Positions 11,077-21,647 of a stretch of DNA of 64,000 nucleotides are shown here, one piece after another. Every line of letters starts with the position of its first letter. Within the stretch, counting starts at the first letter, position 1. The position numbers and the translations under genes are program-made. The stretch lies in assembly GCA_963747235.1 (NCBI GenBank), contig CAVVEU010000033.1, forward strand, positions 128,001 through 192,000. The letters run 5' to 3'. This DNA is from an uncultured Candidatus Rokubacteria bacterium. GTDB taxonomy: Bacteria; Methylomirabilota; Methylomirabilia; Rokubacteriales; CSP1-6. The notes beneath the pieces are model-generated. The model was not told where the DNA came from. It made no database searches and saw nothing but the letters and a program-made list of their open reading frames with translations.

Positions 11077-12600
11077 CTAGAAGCCGATCTCGGTGAGGCG
11101 GATGGACTCGTCCCCGCGCGGCGTCCACTTGAGCCGCGTGTTCACGCCGTAGATGTCCATCTGCTGGTAGCCGAAGATCCACGGCGCGTCGTCGCGGATG
11201 AGGCGGAGCAGCTGAGAGTAGAGCTGCTTCCGCTTCTCCACGTTCATCTCGGCCCGGGCCGCCTCCATGAGCTTGTCGACCTCGGGATTCGAGTACTGTG
11301 ACACCGGCTCCCCGGTGTGGAGATTCGGGGTCACCCAGTGGTCGGGCTCGAGGCTCGGTAGGCACCAGCCGTTCATGAAGATGTCCTCGGTCTTGTGGTC
11401 GAGGACCGAGCGGACGTAGCTCCCCCACTCGCCGATGATCTTGACGCTGGTCTTGATGCCGTTCTCGGTGAGCTGACCCGCGATGGCCTGCGCGATGTCC
11501 TTGTCCATGGCCCAGCGGCCGTTCGGGGCCTGCAGGGTCAGGGTGAGATTCGTCTGGCCCGCCGCGGCCAGCAGCTCCTTGGCCTTCTGCGGATTGTAGT
11601 CGTAGAGCGGGATCGACGGGTCATAGCCCCACACGTTCGGGGGCATGGACGAGTTGATCCGCTTGCCGTTGCCGAGCAGCACCGCGTCGAGGATGCCCTG
11701 GACGTCCACCGCGTGGTTGATGGCCTGGCGCACCCGGCGGTCGGCCAGAGCGCCGCCCTTGATCTGGGCGATGCCGAAGTAGATGATCCGGCAGCTCGGG
11801 ATCTTCTCGACGCGCACGGTCTTGGTCGCGGCGAGCGTCGGGAGCTGGTCGGGGGGCACGTTGACGATCAGATCGGCCTGGCCGGTCTGGAGCGCGGCGA
11901 TGCGCGCGCCCAGCTCCGGAATGGGCCGCCAGGTCGCCCGCCGCACCGCGGGCTTGCCCGTCCAGTGCTCGTCGTTGGCCTCCACCACGATGCGCTCGTT
12001 CTTGGACCACTCCACGAACTTGAAGGGCCCGGTGCCGACCGGCTTCAGGTTGGCCTGCACGTCGCCGACCTGCGCGACGTACTTGGGGGCGAGCTGGTAC
12101 ATGAGGGTCATGCGCGCGGGCATGGCCGGATCGGGGACCTTGGTGTGGAAGCGCACCGTGGTCGGATCGACGACCTCCACCCGATCGATGGTGCTGAACC
12201 AGCCCTTCTGGGGCGACTTGAAGTCGGCCCGGTAGATGCGCTCGAACGAGAACTTGACCGCGCTGGCGTCGAACGGCTCCCCGTTGTGGAACTTCACGCC
12301 GGAGCGCAGCTTGACCTCCCACACCTTCTCGCTCACCAGCTTGTAGCTGGTGGCGAGGCGGGGGGTGATCTGGAGCTGCTTGTCGCGGGTGAGCAGGGTG
12401 TCGTAGATCGAGCCGTTGATGATCAGGGTGACGATGTTGTTGGTCATCTGCACGTCGAGGAACTCGGCGTCGATGCCCTGGGCGATGGTGACGTCCCGCT
12501 CGCCCGCCGCCCGCGCGGCGTTCCGTTCCGCGGGGCCGACCGCCACCAGGAGCACCGCCAGCGTGAGCAGCGGGACGATCGATCGGAATCCTCGTCTCAT
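11077..12600 (-). CDS. ABC family-5 substrate-binding protein
   Basis: Signal peptide, LRSGVKFHNGEPF, PVGTGPFK, VRQAINHAVD; GGAGGG RBS before ATG 12600. Confidence 0.92.
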   Translation of the reverse strand: MRRGFRSIVPLLTLAVLLVAVGPAERNAARAAGERDVTIAQGIDAEFLDVQMTNNIVTLIINGSIYDTLLTRDKQLQITPRLATSYKLVSEKVWEVKLRSGVKFHNGEPFDASAVKFSFERIYRADFKSPQKGWFSTIDRVEVVDPTTVRFHTKVPDPAMPARMTLMYQLAPKYVAQVGDVQANLKPVGTGPFKFVEWSKNERIVVEANDEHWTGKPAVRRATWRPIPELGARIAALQTGQADLIVNVPPDQLPTLAATKTVRVEKIPSCRIIYFGIAQIKGGALADRRVRQAINHAVDVQGILDAVLLGNGKRINSSMPPNVWGYDPSIPLYDYNPQKAKELLAAAGQTNLTLTLQAPNGRWAMDKDIAQAIAGQLTENGIKTSVKIIGEWGSYVRSVLDHKTEDIFMNGWCLPSLEPDHWVTPNLHTGEPVSQYSNPEVDKLMEAARAEMNVEKRKQLYSQLLRLIRDDAPWIFGYQQMDIYGVNTRLKWTPRGDESIRLTEIGF

Positions 12601-12672
12601 GGAGCCCTCCCTCACTGAGTGATCTGCGCGTCGTGTCGGCGGTGACGGTCGTCGAGCCGGATGAGCGCCCCG

Positions 12673-12701
12673 ATCCTATGTCCGACGCCCGAGGGTGTCA
12701 A
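12673..12701 (-). promoter_or_regulatory. Sigma70-type promoter for the leftward ABC operon
   Basis: Minus strand TTGACA-17 nt-TAGGAT. Confidence 0.6.
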
Positions 12702-12719
12702 CCCGCCGCGGCTCCGGCC

Positions 12720-12748
12720 TTGACAGCGCGCCGGGCATGGCATACACC
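12720..12748 (+). promoter_or_regulatory. Sigma70-type promoter for the rightward ABC operon
   Basis: TTGACA-17 nt-TACACC, back-to-back with the leftward promoter. Confidence 0.45.
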
Positions 12749-12771
12749 CAGCCTCCAGGAGGAGACTCCCC

Positions 12772-14304
12772 ATGCGCGAAAGACACGCAGCATCCCGGCC
12801 GGTAGGCCGACGGCAGTTCCTGACCCTGAGCGCGGCCGGCCTGGCCGCGGCCGGGCTTCCGCGCGCCGCCCGCGCGCAGGGCAAGCGGAGCGGTGAGCTG
12901 GTCGCCGGGCTGTCCGAGCGCATGCTGACGCTCGATCCGGCCAATCACTACTCGATCTCGTCCACCTCGGTGCACCGGCACATGTTCGATCCGCTGGTGG
13001 ACGTCACCAACGACTCGAAGTTCGTGCCCGCCCTGGCCGAGTCCTGGCGCGCGGTCAACAACACCACGTGGCGCTTCCAGCTCCGGAAGGGCGTCACCTT
13101 CCACGACGGCACCCCGTTCAACGCGGACAGCGTGCTCTACACGCTCCGGCGCGTGAAGGACAACACCAAGCTCATCAAGTCCTTCGTCTACCAGGACATC
13201 GAATCGGTGGAGAAGGACGGGGACTACGCGGTACTGGTGACGTCGAAGCGGCCGTTCGGCTCGCTGCCCGCGCATCTCACCATGCTCGGCATGCTGCCCG
13301 CGCACGCGGCGAAGAACGAGGACGCGTTCTTCCAGAAGCCGATCGGCACCGGGCCGTTCCGCTTCGTGTCGTGGACGCACGGCGATCACATCATCCTCTC
13401 GGCCAACCCGAGCTACTGGAAGCCCGCCCAGCCGCGGGTCGAGAAGGTCACCTTCCGCTTCATCCCCGAGCTGTCCACCCGGGCCGCGGGCCTGCGCGCG
13501 GGCGAGATCCACGTGGTCGACCGCATCACCCCCGACCTGGTCGAGACGCTCAAGAGCAGCCGCGGCGTGAAGGTGTTCGACGTGCCCGCGGTCGAGGCGC
13601 AGCGCTGGATCTTCCAGCTCGCCAAGGAGCCGGTGAAGGACGCGCGGCTCCGGCAGGCGATCTCGCTGGCCATCGACCGGAACGTGATCATCAAGGACCT
13701 GCTGCTGGGCTACGGGCGGCCGGTGGACAGCCCCGTCCCGCCCGGGCTGATCGGCCACACCAGCCTGCCCGCCAAGGTCTACGATCCCGAGAAGGCGCGC
13801 CAGATCCTGAAGCAGGCGGGCTACACCAACGTGTCGCTCGACTTCGTGCTCATGAAGGATCTCTACCCGAAGCAGCTCGAGATCACCCAGGCGGTGGCCG
13901 CGATGCTGGGCGAGGTCGGCATCAAGGTCAACATCAAGAACCTCGAGATCGCGACCGCGCGGGAGCACCGGAGCGCGGGAACGTACGACATGTTCTTCTC
14001 GGGCTGGGCCCACATGCCGCACGATCCGGACTGGTACTTCGGCCAGTGGTTCACCCGGGCGGGCGCCGAGAAGCTCACCCGCTACAACAACCCGCGCGTG
14101 GAGCAGCTCATCGCGGAGGGCCGGGTGCCGGATCCGAAGGTGCGGCAGGCCAAGTACGAGGAGCTCGAGCGCATCCTGTGGGACGAGGACGCCGAGATCT
14201 GGCCCTACTACAGCGTGGCGATCTACGGAGTCAGCGATCGGCTGCGCAACTTCGAGCCGCGCCGGGACTACTACGTCCTGCTGAGTGACGTCGCGATCGC
14301 GTAG
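12772..14304 (+). CDS. ABC family-5 substrate-binding protein with Tat signal
   Basis: GRRQFL twin-arginine signal; LRKGVTFHDG, PIGTGPF; AGGAGGAG RBS. Confidence 0.92.
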   Translation: MRERHAASRPVGRRQFLTLSAAGLAAAGLPRAARAQGKRSGELVAGLSERMLTLDPANHYSISSTSVHRHMFDPLVDVTNDSKFVPALAESWRAVNNTTWRFQLRKGVTFHDGTPFNADSVLYTLRRVKDNTKLIKSFVYQDIESVEKDGDYAVLVTSKRPFGSLPAHLTMLGMLPAHAAKNEDAFFQKPIGTGPFRFVSWTHGDHIILSANPSYWKPAQPRVEKVTFRFIPELSTRAAGLRAGEIHVVDRITPDLVETLKSSRGVKVFDVPAVEAQRWIFQLAKEPVKDARLRQAISLAIDRNVIIKDLLLGYGRPVDSPVPPGLIGHTSLPAKVYDPEKARQILKQAGYTNVSLDFVLMKDLYPKQLEITQAVAAMLGEVGIKVNIKNLEIATAREHRSAGTYDMFFSGWAHMPHDPDWYFGQWFTRAGAEKLTRYNNPRVEQLIAEGRVPDPKVRQAKYEELERILWDEDAEIWPYYSVAIYGVSDRLRNFEPRRDYYVLLSDVAIA

Positions 14305-14364
14305 CCGGGGGCCGGGCTTCGCGCGGGCCGGCGGGCAACCGCGTGCGGCCCGGGACCCCTCGAA

Positions 14365-15286
14365 ATGAGGGCGTATGCCCTCCGCCGGCTCGGCCAGGCG
14401 GCCCTGACGCTCCTCGGCGTCTCGGTCCTGGTCTTCGTCGTCCTCCGCGTCCTGCCCGGCGACCCGGCCAAGATGCTGCTCCCGGAGGGCGCGCCGCAGT
14501 CCGCGGTGGACGAGCTGAACCGGCATCTCGGGCTGCACGAGCCGCTCCACGTGCAGTACGCCATCTTCATCCGGAGCGTCTTCCGCGGCGACTTCGGCCA
14601 GTCCTTCCAGTACCGGGCGCCCGCGCTGCAGGTCGTCACCGAGCGGCTCGCCGCCACCGTCCAGCTCGCGCTGGCCGCCATGTTCCTCACCGGCGCGGTC
14701 GGCGTCTCGCTCGGCATCGTGGCCGCGGTCCGGCGGGGCACGCGCTACGACTATCGCGAGCACGCTCCTCGCGGTGCTCGGCCAGTCGCTGCCGAACTTC
14801 TGGCTCGGCATCATGCTGATCCTGCTCTTCGGGGTCGCGCTGCGCTGGCTGCCCACCTCCGGCTTCGAGAGCTGGCGCCACCTCATCCTGCCCGCGGTGA
14901 CCCTGGCCGCGTTCCCGATGGCCCTGGTGGCCCGCCTCACCCGCTCCAGCATGCTGGAGATCCTCGGGCGCGACTACATCCGCACCGGCCGCGCCAAGGG
15001 CCTGGCCGAGCGGGCGGTGGTGCTCCGGCACGCGCTGCGGAACGCGGCGGTGCCGGTGCTCACGGTGCTCGGGCTGCAGATCGGCACCCTGCTGGGCGGC
15101 GCGGTCATCACCGAGTCGGTGTTCGCGTGGCCCGGCATGGGCAAGCTGGTGGTGGACGCGATCTTCTTCCGCGACTTCCCGGTGGTGCAGACCGTGCTGA
15201 TCTTCTCGGCCACCATCTTCGTGCTGATCAACCTGCTGGTGGACCTGCTCTACACCGTGATCGATCCGCGGATCCGCTACTCGTGA
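14365..15286 (+). CDS. ABC permease, DppB type (frameshift near 14755)
   Basis: GDFGQS then ORF 14774-15286 with DYIRTGRAKGL, HALRNA, IDPRIRY. Confidence 0.88.
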
Positions 15287-16143
15287 GCGACCTCGCGGCC
15301 GCGCCCGCGACGTTTCACCCGCGCCGCTTCAACGCGACCACGGTGATCGGCGGGCTCCTGCTCGCGCTCACCGTCCTCGCCAGCGCCTTTGCCCCGGTGC
15401 TCACGCCCGCCGACCCGGTGAAGCCGCAGTTCAGCCGGCGGCTCGCCCCGCCCTGGGGGCTCGGGGGCACGCCGGCGCACGTCCTGGGCACCGACAACCT
15501 CGGCCGCGACATCCTCGCGCGCCTGCTGCACGGCGGCCGGATCTCGCTCGCCCTCGCCGCGATCTCGGTCCTCATCGCGGCCGCGGTGGGCATCGTGGTC
15601 GGGCTCGTGGCGGGCTCCGGCGGCGAGCGCGTCGACGCGCTGTTCATGCGCCTGGCCGACGTCCAGCTCGCGCTGCCCGTCATCATGCTGGCGATCGCGA
15701 TCGTGGCGGTGGTGGGCACGAGCCCGGCCGCGCTGGTCGGCGTGCTCGCGCTGAGCGGCTGGGTGCTCTACGCGCGGACGGTCCGCGCCAACGTCCTCTC
15801 GATCCGCCGCCTCGAGTACGTGGAGGCCGCCTACACCCTCGGCGCCAGCGACCTCCGGATCATCGCCCGGCACATCCTGCCCAACACCCTCGCCCCGATC
15901 CTCGTGATCGGCTCGAGCCAGTTCGCCACGATGGTCCTGCTCGAGTCGGGTCTGAGCTTTCTCGGGATGGGGATCCAGGCGCCGCAGCCGTCCTGGGGGC
16001 TCATGCTCTCGGAGGGCCGCGACTATCTCTCGAACGCGTGGTGGCTCGCGACGGTGCCCGGGCTGACGATCTCGCTCGTCGTCCTGGGGGCCAACCTGCT
16101 GGGCGACGGGCTGCGGGATCTGCTCGACCCGCGGCTCGGCTAG
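15283..16143 (+). CDS. ABC permease, DppC type
   Basis: HVLGTDNLGRD, YVEAAYTLG, LLGDGLRDLLDPR; GTGA overlap with the upstream gene. Confidence 0.9.
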   Translation: MSDLAAAPATFHPRRFNATTVIGGLLLALTVLASAFAPVLTPADPVKPQFSRRLAPPWGLGGTPAHVLGTDNLGRDILARLLHGGRISLALAAISVLIAAAVGIVVGLVAGSGGERVDALFMRLADVQLALPVIMLAIAIVAVVGTSPAALVGVLALSGWVLYARTVRANVLSIRRLEYVEAAYTLGASDLRIIARHILPNTLAPILVIGSSQFATMVLLESGLSFLGMGIQAPQPSWGLMLSEGRDYLSNAWWLATVPGLTISLVVLGANLLGDGLRDLLDPRLG

Positions 16144-16144
16144 C

Positions 16145-17083
16145 CTAGGGCCGGCGGATCAGGGGGGCGAAGCGCTCCATGCGCTCGAGGCTCTCGGCGA
16201 GGCTCTCGCTGCGGAAGTCGAAGATCAGCTCGCTCACCCCGAGCCCGGCGAAGGTGCCGATGTCGTCGGCGATGGCCTGCTGGCTCCCCGAGAACGGCCG
16301 CCGCTCCGCGCCCCCGTCCACCCCCTGCCCCGGGTCGTAGATCGGCGCCTTGTAGGAGATGGTGAGCGTCGAGAAATCGCGCCGCTCCGCGTCCGTGAGG
16401 CGACGCAGATCGTCGAGCGACGCGCGCAGCTCGGGCGGGCGCAGCGGGACGGCCGGGTTGGCCCCGACCGGATGCCAGCCGTCGCCGAGGCGGGCGACGC
16501 GGCGCAGCGCGGCCTTGCTGTGGCCGCCCACCCAGATCGGCGGGTGCGGCTTCTGCGCGGGATGCGGCAGGCACCGCACGGAGTCGAAGCGGTAGAACTC
16601 GCCGTGATACGACGCCGGGTCCTGCGTCCACAGCGCCTTGAAGATGCGCAGGTACTCGTCGCTCACCGCGCCGCGGCGGTCGAAGTCGGGCGCGCCGAGC
16701 GCCTCGAACTCCTCGCGCAGCCAGCCGACGCCGACGCCCACCGTGACGCGCCCGCGGGAGAGCACGTCGATGGTGGCGAGCATCTTGGCGGTCACCACCG
16801 GGTTGCGGTGCGGCAGGATCATCACGCTGCTGATGAGCCGCAGGGTGCGCGACTTGCCCGCGACGAAGGCCATCAGCGAGAGCTGCTCGAGCGCGTCGCC
16901 CTGCCCGGGGAAGGCGCCGCTCACCGTGTACGGATACTTCGACTTGATCGTGACCGGGAACACGATGTGGTCCGCGATCACCACCGAGGAGAACCCGAGC
17001 GCCTCCGCGCGCGCGACCAGGGTCTCGAGCGACTCCGGCGAGGCGGTCTGGCCGCGCGTGGGGAGGTAGAAGCCGTATCGCAT
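16145..17083 (-). CDS. LLM-class (luciferase-like) probable F420-dependent oxidoreductase
   Basis: ADHIVFP, ATIDVLSRGRVTVGVGVGWLREEF, PHPPIWVGG, GDGWHP. Confidence 0.9.
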   Translation of the reverse strand: MRYGFYLPTRGQTASPESLETLVARAEALGFSSVVIADHIVFPVTIKSKYPYTVSGAFPGQGDALEQLSLMAFVAGKSRTLRLISSVMILPHRNPVVTAKMLATIDVLSRGRVTVGVGVGWLREEFEALGAPDFDRRGAVSDEYLRIFKALWTQDPASYHGEFYRFDSVRCLPHPAQKPHPPIWVGGHSKAALRRVARLGDGWHPVGANPAVPLRPPELRASLDDLRRLTDAERRDFSTLTISYKAPIYDPGQGVDGGAERRPFSGSQQAIADDIGTFAGLGVSELIFDFRSESLAESLERMERFAPLIRRP

Positions 17084-17096
17084 GGGGTGGCCGCCT

Positions 17097-18092
17097 CTAC
17101 TTGAAGTGCGGCATCACCTTCTTGGCCATGAGGTCGATCTGGGCCGGATCGTCCGTCACCGGCCCCAGCACGAGGTACTTGAGCCCCGCCTTCACCAGGT
17201 CGTCGATGCGCGTGTTGATGTGATCGATCGACCCGATCATGTACGACTCCTGCAGGTGCTCGTAGGTCCGGTGCGTGCCCATCGTCTTGATGAAGGGCGC
17301 CCTGGAGGCGGCCACCGCCTTGGCGTGGCTCGGCGTGTCCACCAGGTGGATGAAGTTGCAGTGCCCGAAGGTGAGCTTCTTCGGATCGCGGCCGAGCGTC
17401 TTCGCGTGCTGCTGCAGCAGCCCCCAGTCCCGCTTCACCCAGTCCTGCGTGCCCGAGCAGCGCGAGAGCCAGTTGCCCGCCTTCACGATGCGGTCCATCA
17501 CGGTGGTCGCGATGACCGGCACGTCGTGCTCGCCCGGATCCGGCACGCGCGAGCCGCCGGAGACCCAGATCTTCGGCATCTTCGGGGGCCGCGGGTCGAT
17601 GGTGACGTCGTCGAAGTGGTAGTACTTGCCGTGGTAGCTCGCGTTCGGCTTCGTCAGCAGCAGGGTCACCGCCTCGATGATCTCGTCGGTCCGCTTGCCG
17701 CGCTCCTGGATGCGGGAGCCGGTCACCTCGTACTCGCGCGCGTACCAGCCGGGGCCCACCCCGAACACGTAGCGGTTGTTCGAGAGGTGGCAGAGGGTCG
17801 AGATCTCCTTGGCCAGCAGCACCGGGTGGCGCACCGGCAGCACCAGGATGCCGGTGGCGATGTCCACCTTCGAGGTCAGCGCCGCCGCGTAGGCGAGCGA
17901 GGAGAGCGGCTCGAGCCAGGCATTGCCGTAGAGGCCGGGCGCGGACAGCAGGTGGTCGATCACCCACACGTCGATGCCGTACTTCTCGCACTTCACGATG
18001 GACTCGCGGATCCGCTGCATGTTCTTCGGATCCGTCTTCTTGCCGCTCCACGCGTAGGTGGGGATCCACGCCCCGAACTTGAGCTTGGCCAT
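17097..18092 (-). CDS. LLM-class flavin-dependent oxidoreductase
   Basis: WVIDHLL, HPVLLAKEISTL, GVGPGWYAREY; AAGGAGG RBS before MAKLKFG. Confidence 0.88.
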   Translation of the reverse strand: MAKLKFGAWIPTYAWSGKKTDPKNMQRIRESIVKCEKYGIDVWVIDHLLSAPGLYGNAWLEPLSSLAYAAALTSKVDIATGILVLPVRHPVLLAKEISTLCHLSNNRYVFGVGPGWYAREYEVTGSRIQERGKRTDEIIEAVTLLLTKPNASYHGKYYHFDDVTIDPRPPKMPKIWVSGGSRVPDPGEHDVPVIATTVMDRIVKAGNWLSRCSGTQDWVKRDWGLLQQHAKTLGRDPKKLTFGHCNFIHLVDTPSHAKAVAASRAPFIKTMGTHRTYEHLQESYMIGSIDHINTRIDDLVKAGLKYLVLGPVTDDPAQIDLMAKKVMPHFK

Positions 18093-18117
18093 GAGGCCTC
18101 CTTTCGAGTCGGGCATC

Positions 18118-18170
18118 ACCCTAGGTGCGCGCGCGGGCGATGTCAAGGCCGCGGCGCGCGGTGCTATACT
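18118..18170. promoter_or_regulatory. Divergent promoters
   Basis: Minus strand TTGACA (18146-18141)-17 nt-TAGGGT; plus strand extended -10 TGcTATACT (18162-18170). Confidence 0.55.
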
Positions 18171-18232
18171 CGGCGCGCTCCGGCCGCCATCCAGGCGGCC
18201 GGCTGCTCGGGAGCCCGTTGTTCCAGGAGGAC

Positions 18233-19805
18233 ATGGCGATGAGACGGAGACGATTCTGGTCGGGTTTGGCCCTGGCGCTTCTCGTGGTGCTGACCGCCGG
18301 GGCGCCGACCGCGCCCGCGCAGTCGGCGAACACGCTGGTGGTCGGGCTGGTGGCGGAGCCGGTGGCGCTCGACCCGGCCCAGGTCACCGACCTCAACTCC
18401 AACCGCGTGGGCCGGCGGGTCGTGGAGACCCTGGTCGCCTTCGCGGACGAGTCCACCCAGATCGTGCCCGGGCTCGCCGAGTCCTGGACGATCTCGAAGG
18501 ACGGGCTCACCTACACCTTCAAGCTCCGCAAGGGGATCGCCTTCCACGACGGCACCCCGTTCAACGCCGCGGCGGTCAAGTTCTCCATCGAGCGGCAGAT
18601 CAACCCGGAGCATCCGGCCAACAAGCTCGGCAAGTATCCCTTCGCCGCCTACTTCTTCGGCAACGTCAAGGCGGTCGAGGCGATGGACGACAGCACGGTG
18701 CGCTTCGTCTTGAAGGAGCCGCGCGCGTCGTTCCTCGCGGTCATGACCGCGGGGGCCGCGTCCATCGTGAGCCCGACCGCGGCGATGAAGTCCGGCCAGG
18801 ACTACGCGGTGACCCCGGTCGGCACCGGCCCCTTCAAGTTCGCGTCCTGGGACCGCGGCCAGCGCGTGGTGCTGGAGAAGAACCCGAGCTACTGGCGCTA
18901 CCCGGTCAAGGTGGACCGGGTCATCTTCCGGCCCGTCACCGAGGACCAGGCGCGGCTCACCGAATTGCTCACCGGCGGGCTCGACCTGATCGTGGGCACG
19001 CCGCCCGACTTCGTGGCCCAGCTCGAGAACCATCCGAAGGTGACGCTCCAGAAGCAGGTGGGCGCGCACGTCTGGTACCTCGGGCTCAACAACACCAAGA
19101 AGCCCTTCGACGACAAGCGTGTCCGCCAGGCGCTGAACTACGCGGTCAACAAGGACGCGATCGTCCGCGACGTGCTGAAGGGCACCGGCTCGATCTCCAA
19201 GGGCCCGGTGCTGCCCGGCACCTGGGGCGACGAGGCGCGGGCTCAAGCCGTTCCCCTACGATCCCGAGAAGGCGAAGAAGCTCCTGGCCGAGGCCGGGCT
19301 GCCGAGCGGCTTCTCCACCACGCTCTGGGTGCCGGAGTCGGGCTCGGGCATGCAGTCGCCGGTGGCCATGAGCACGATCATCCAGTCGAACCTGAAGGCG
19401 GTGGGCGTGAACGTGACGCTCCAGACCATGGAGTGGGGCACGTTCCTCGCCAAGCTCCGCACCAAGGAGCAGGACATGTTCGCCCTGTCCTGGATGGCGG
19501 GCTCGGAGGATCCGGATCTCGTGATGTACCCGCTGCTGCACTCGAGCCAGTGGACGCCGGTGGGCCCGAACCGCGCCATGTACAAGAACACGCGCCTCGA
19601 CGAGGTGCTCGCCCAGGCGCGCCTGGTGACCGACCAGGCCAAGCGGGCCGAGCTCTACCGCGAGGCGCAGCGCCTGCTCCACGACGATCCGCCGTGGATC
19701 TTCATCGACCACGAGGTGCAGACCGCGGCCTTCGCCAAGCGGGTGCAGGGCTTCAAGCTGCACCCGAGCTTCGACCTGCGCGTGGAGACGATCTCGCTGA
19801 AGTAG
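18233..19805 (+). CDS. ABC family-5 substrate-binding protein, DppA-like (frameshift near 19240)
   Basis: LRKGIAFHDG, PVGTGPFK, VRQALNYAVNK; continues YDPEKAKKLLAEAG into ORF 19329-19805. Confidence 0.9.
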
Positions 19806-19824
19806 CCGGTAGCCGGAACCCCCG

Positions 19825-20775
19825 GTGAGCCGCTACCTCCTCCGTCGCCTGCTCCTGCTGGTGCCGGTGCTGCTCGGCGTCTCGGTGGTGGTCTTCCTCG
19901 TCCTGCATCTCTCGCCGGGCGATCCGGCCGAGATCATGCTGGGCTCGCAGGCCACCCAGGAGGACGTCGCCCGCCTGCGCGCCTCGCTCGGCCTCGACGA
20001 GCCGCTGCCGATGCAGTACGTGCGCTGGATGGGCCACGTGCTGCAGGGCGATCTCGGCCGCTCGATCCGGATGCGGCAGCCGGTGCTGGGCGAGGTGCTG
20101 ATCCGCTTCCGGGCCACCCTGCTGCTCACCGCCACCGCGCTCCTGCTCTCCACGGTGGGCGGCGTCACCCTCGGCGTGCTCTCCGCCTCGCGCCCGCACT
20201 CGCTGGTGGACCGGCTCAGCACGGTCGGCTCGATCTTCGGCGCGAGCATGCCGAGCTTCTGGCTGGGCCTCGTCCTGATGGTGTGCTTCTCGCTCTGGCT
20301 CGGCTGGCTGCCCGCCTCCGGCATGTACTCGGCCCACGGCGGCGGCGGGCTGGGCGACCTGCTCGCCCACCTGGCCCTGCCCGCGATCACCCTGGCCGCC
20401 GCGTCCATGACGATCATCGCGCGGCTCACCCGCTCCACCCTGCTCGACATCCTCCGCCAGGACTTCGTGCGCACCGCGCGGGCCAAGGGGCTGGTCGAGC
20501 GCGCGGTGATCCTGCGCCACGCCCTCCGCAACGCGCTGATCCCGACCGTGACCGTGGTCGGGGTGCAGGCGGGCTACCTGCTGGGCGGCGCCATCTTCAC
20601 CGAGACCGTCTTCGCGTGGCCGGGCGTGGGGACGCTGATGATCCAGGGCATCCTCGCGCGCGACTTCCCGCTCGTGCAGGGCTGCGTGCTGGTCATCGCG
20701 CTCGTCTTCGTCTTCTTCAACCTCGCGGTGGATCTGCTCTACGCGGTGCTCGATCCGCGCATCCGGTACGAATGA
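19825..20775 (+). CDS. ABC permease, DppB type
   Basis: GDLGRS, QDFVRTARAKGL, LDPRIRY. Confidence 0.92.
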   Translation: MSRYLLRRLLLLVPVLLGVSVVVFLVLHLSPGDPAEIMLGSQATQEDVARLRASLGLDEPLPMQYVRWMGHVLQGDLGRSIRMRQPVLGEVLIRFRATLLLTATALLLSTVGGVTLGVLSASRPHSLVDRLSTVGSIFGASMPSFWLGLVLMVCFSLWLGWLPASGMYSAHGGGGLGDLLAHLALPAITLAAASMTIIARLTRSTLLDILRQDFVRTARAKGLVERAVILRHALRNALIPTVTVVGVQAGYLLGGAIFTETVFAWPGVGTLMIQGILARDFPLVQGCVLVIALVFVFFNLAVDLLYAVLDPRIRYE

Positions 20776-21629
20776 TCGCGCGCGCGGCGCTCGGCGGCAC
20801 GCAGGCACGGCGCGCGCCCCGCAATCGCCTCGCGTGGGCCGCCGCCGCCGTCATGGCCGCCGCGGTGCTGGCCGCCCTGCTCGCGCCCGTCCTGCCCCTG
20901 ATCGATCCCGACGCGGTGGACACCCCGAACCGGCTCCGGCCGCCCGGCGCCGCCGGGCACTGGCTCGGCACCGACGAGTTCGGCCGCGACATGCTGGCCC
21001 GCCTGGTGTGGGGCGCGCGCATCTCGCTGCTGGCCGGCGTGGGCACCGCCACCGCCTCGATGCTGATCGGGGTGCTGCTGGGCGTGCACGCGGGCTACTG
21101 GGGCGGGCGGGTGGACACGGTGGTGATGCGCCTGACCGACATCCTGATGGCCTTCCCCTACATCCTGCTCGCCATCGCCATCGTGGCCGGCCTCGGGCCC
21201 GGCCTCACCAACGCGATGGTGGCCATCGCGATCGTGGGCTTCCCGATCTACGCGCGACTCGCGCGCGGCGTCGTGCTCTCGCTGCGCGAGCGCGAGTTCG
21301 TGGAGGCGGCGCGCGCGCTCGGCAGCACCGACCGCCTGATCCTGCGCCGCCACCTGCTCCCCCACCTGCTGGCCCCCGTGGTGGTGGCGTTCAGCCTCGA
21401 CGTCGGCGCGAAGATCCTCGCCACCGCGGGGCTGTCGTTCCTCGGGCTCGGCACCCAGCCGCCGACCGCGGACTGGGGGAGCATGCTCGCGACCGCGCGC
21501 ACCTTCGTGATCCTGAGCCCGCACGTGGCGCTGCTGCCGGGGCTGGCCATCTTCCTGGTGGTGCTGTCGCTGAACATCCTCGGCGACGCGCTGCAGGACT
21601 ACCTCGACCCGCGCATGCGGCACGGGTGA
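20772..21629 (+). CDS. ABC permease, DppC type
   Basis: HWLGTDEFGRD, EFVEAARALG, ILGDALQDYLDPR; ATGA overlap. Confidence 0.9.
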   Translation: MIARAALGGTQARRAPRNRLAWAAAAVMAAAVLAALLAPVLPLIDPDAVDTPNRLRPPGAAGHWLGTDEFGRDMLARLVWGARISLLAGVGTATASMLIGVLLGVHAGYWGGRVDTVVMRLTDILMAFPYILLAIAIVAGLGPGLTNAMVAIAIVGFPIYARLARGVVLSLREREFVEAARALGSTDRLILRRHLLPHLLAPVVVAFSLDVGAKILATAGLSFLGLGTQPPTADWGSMLATARTFVILSPHVALLPGLAIFLVVLSLNILGDALQDYLDPRMRHG

Positions 21630-21647
21630 GATCGGGCGGGCGGGGCG

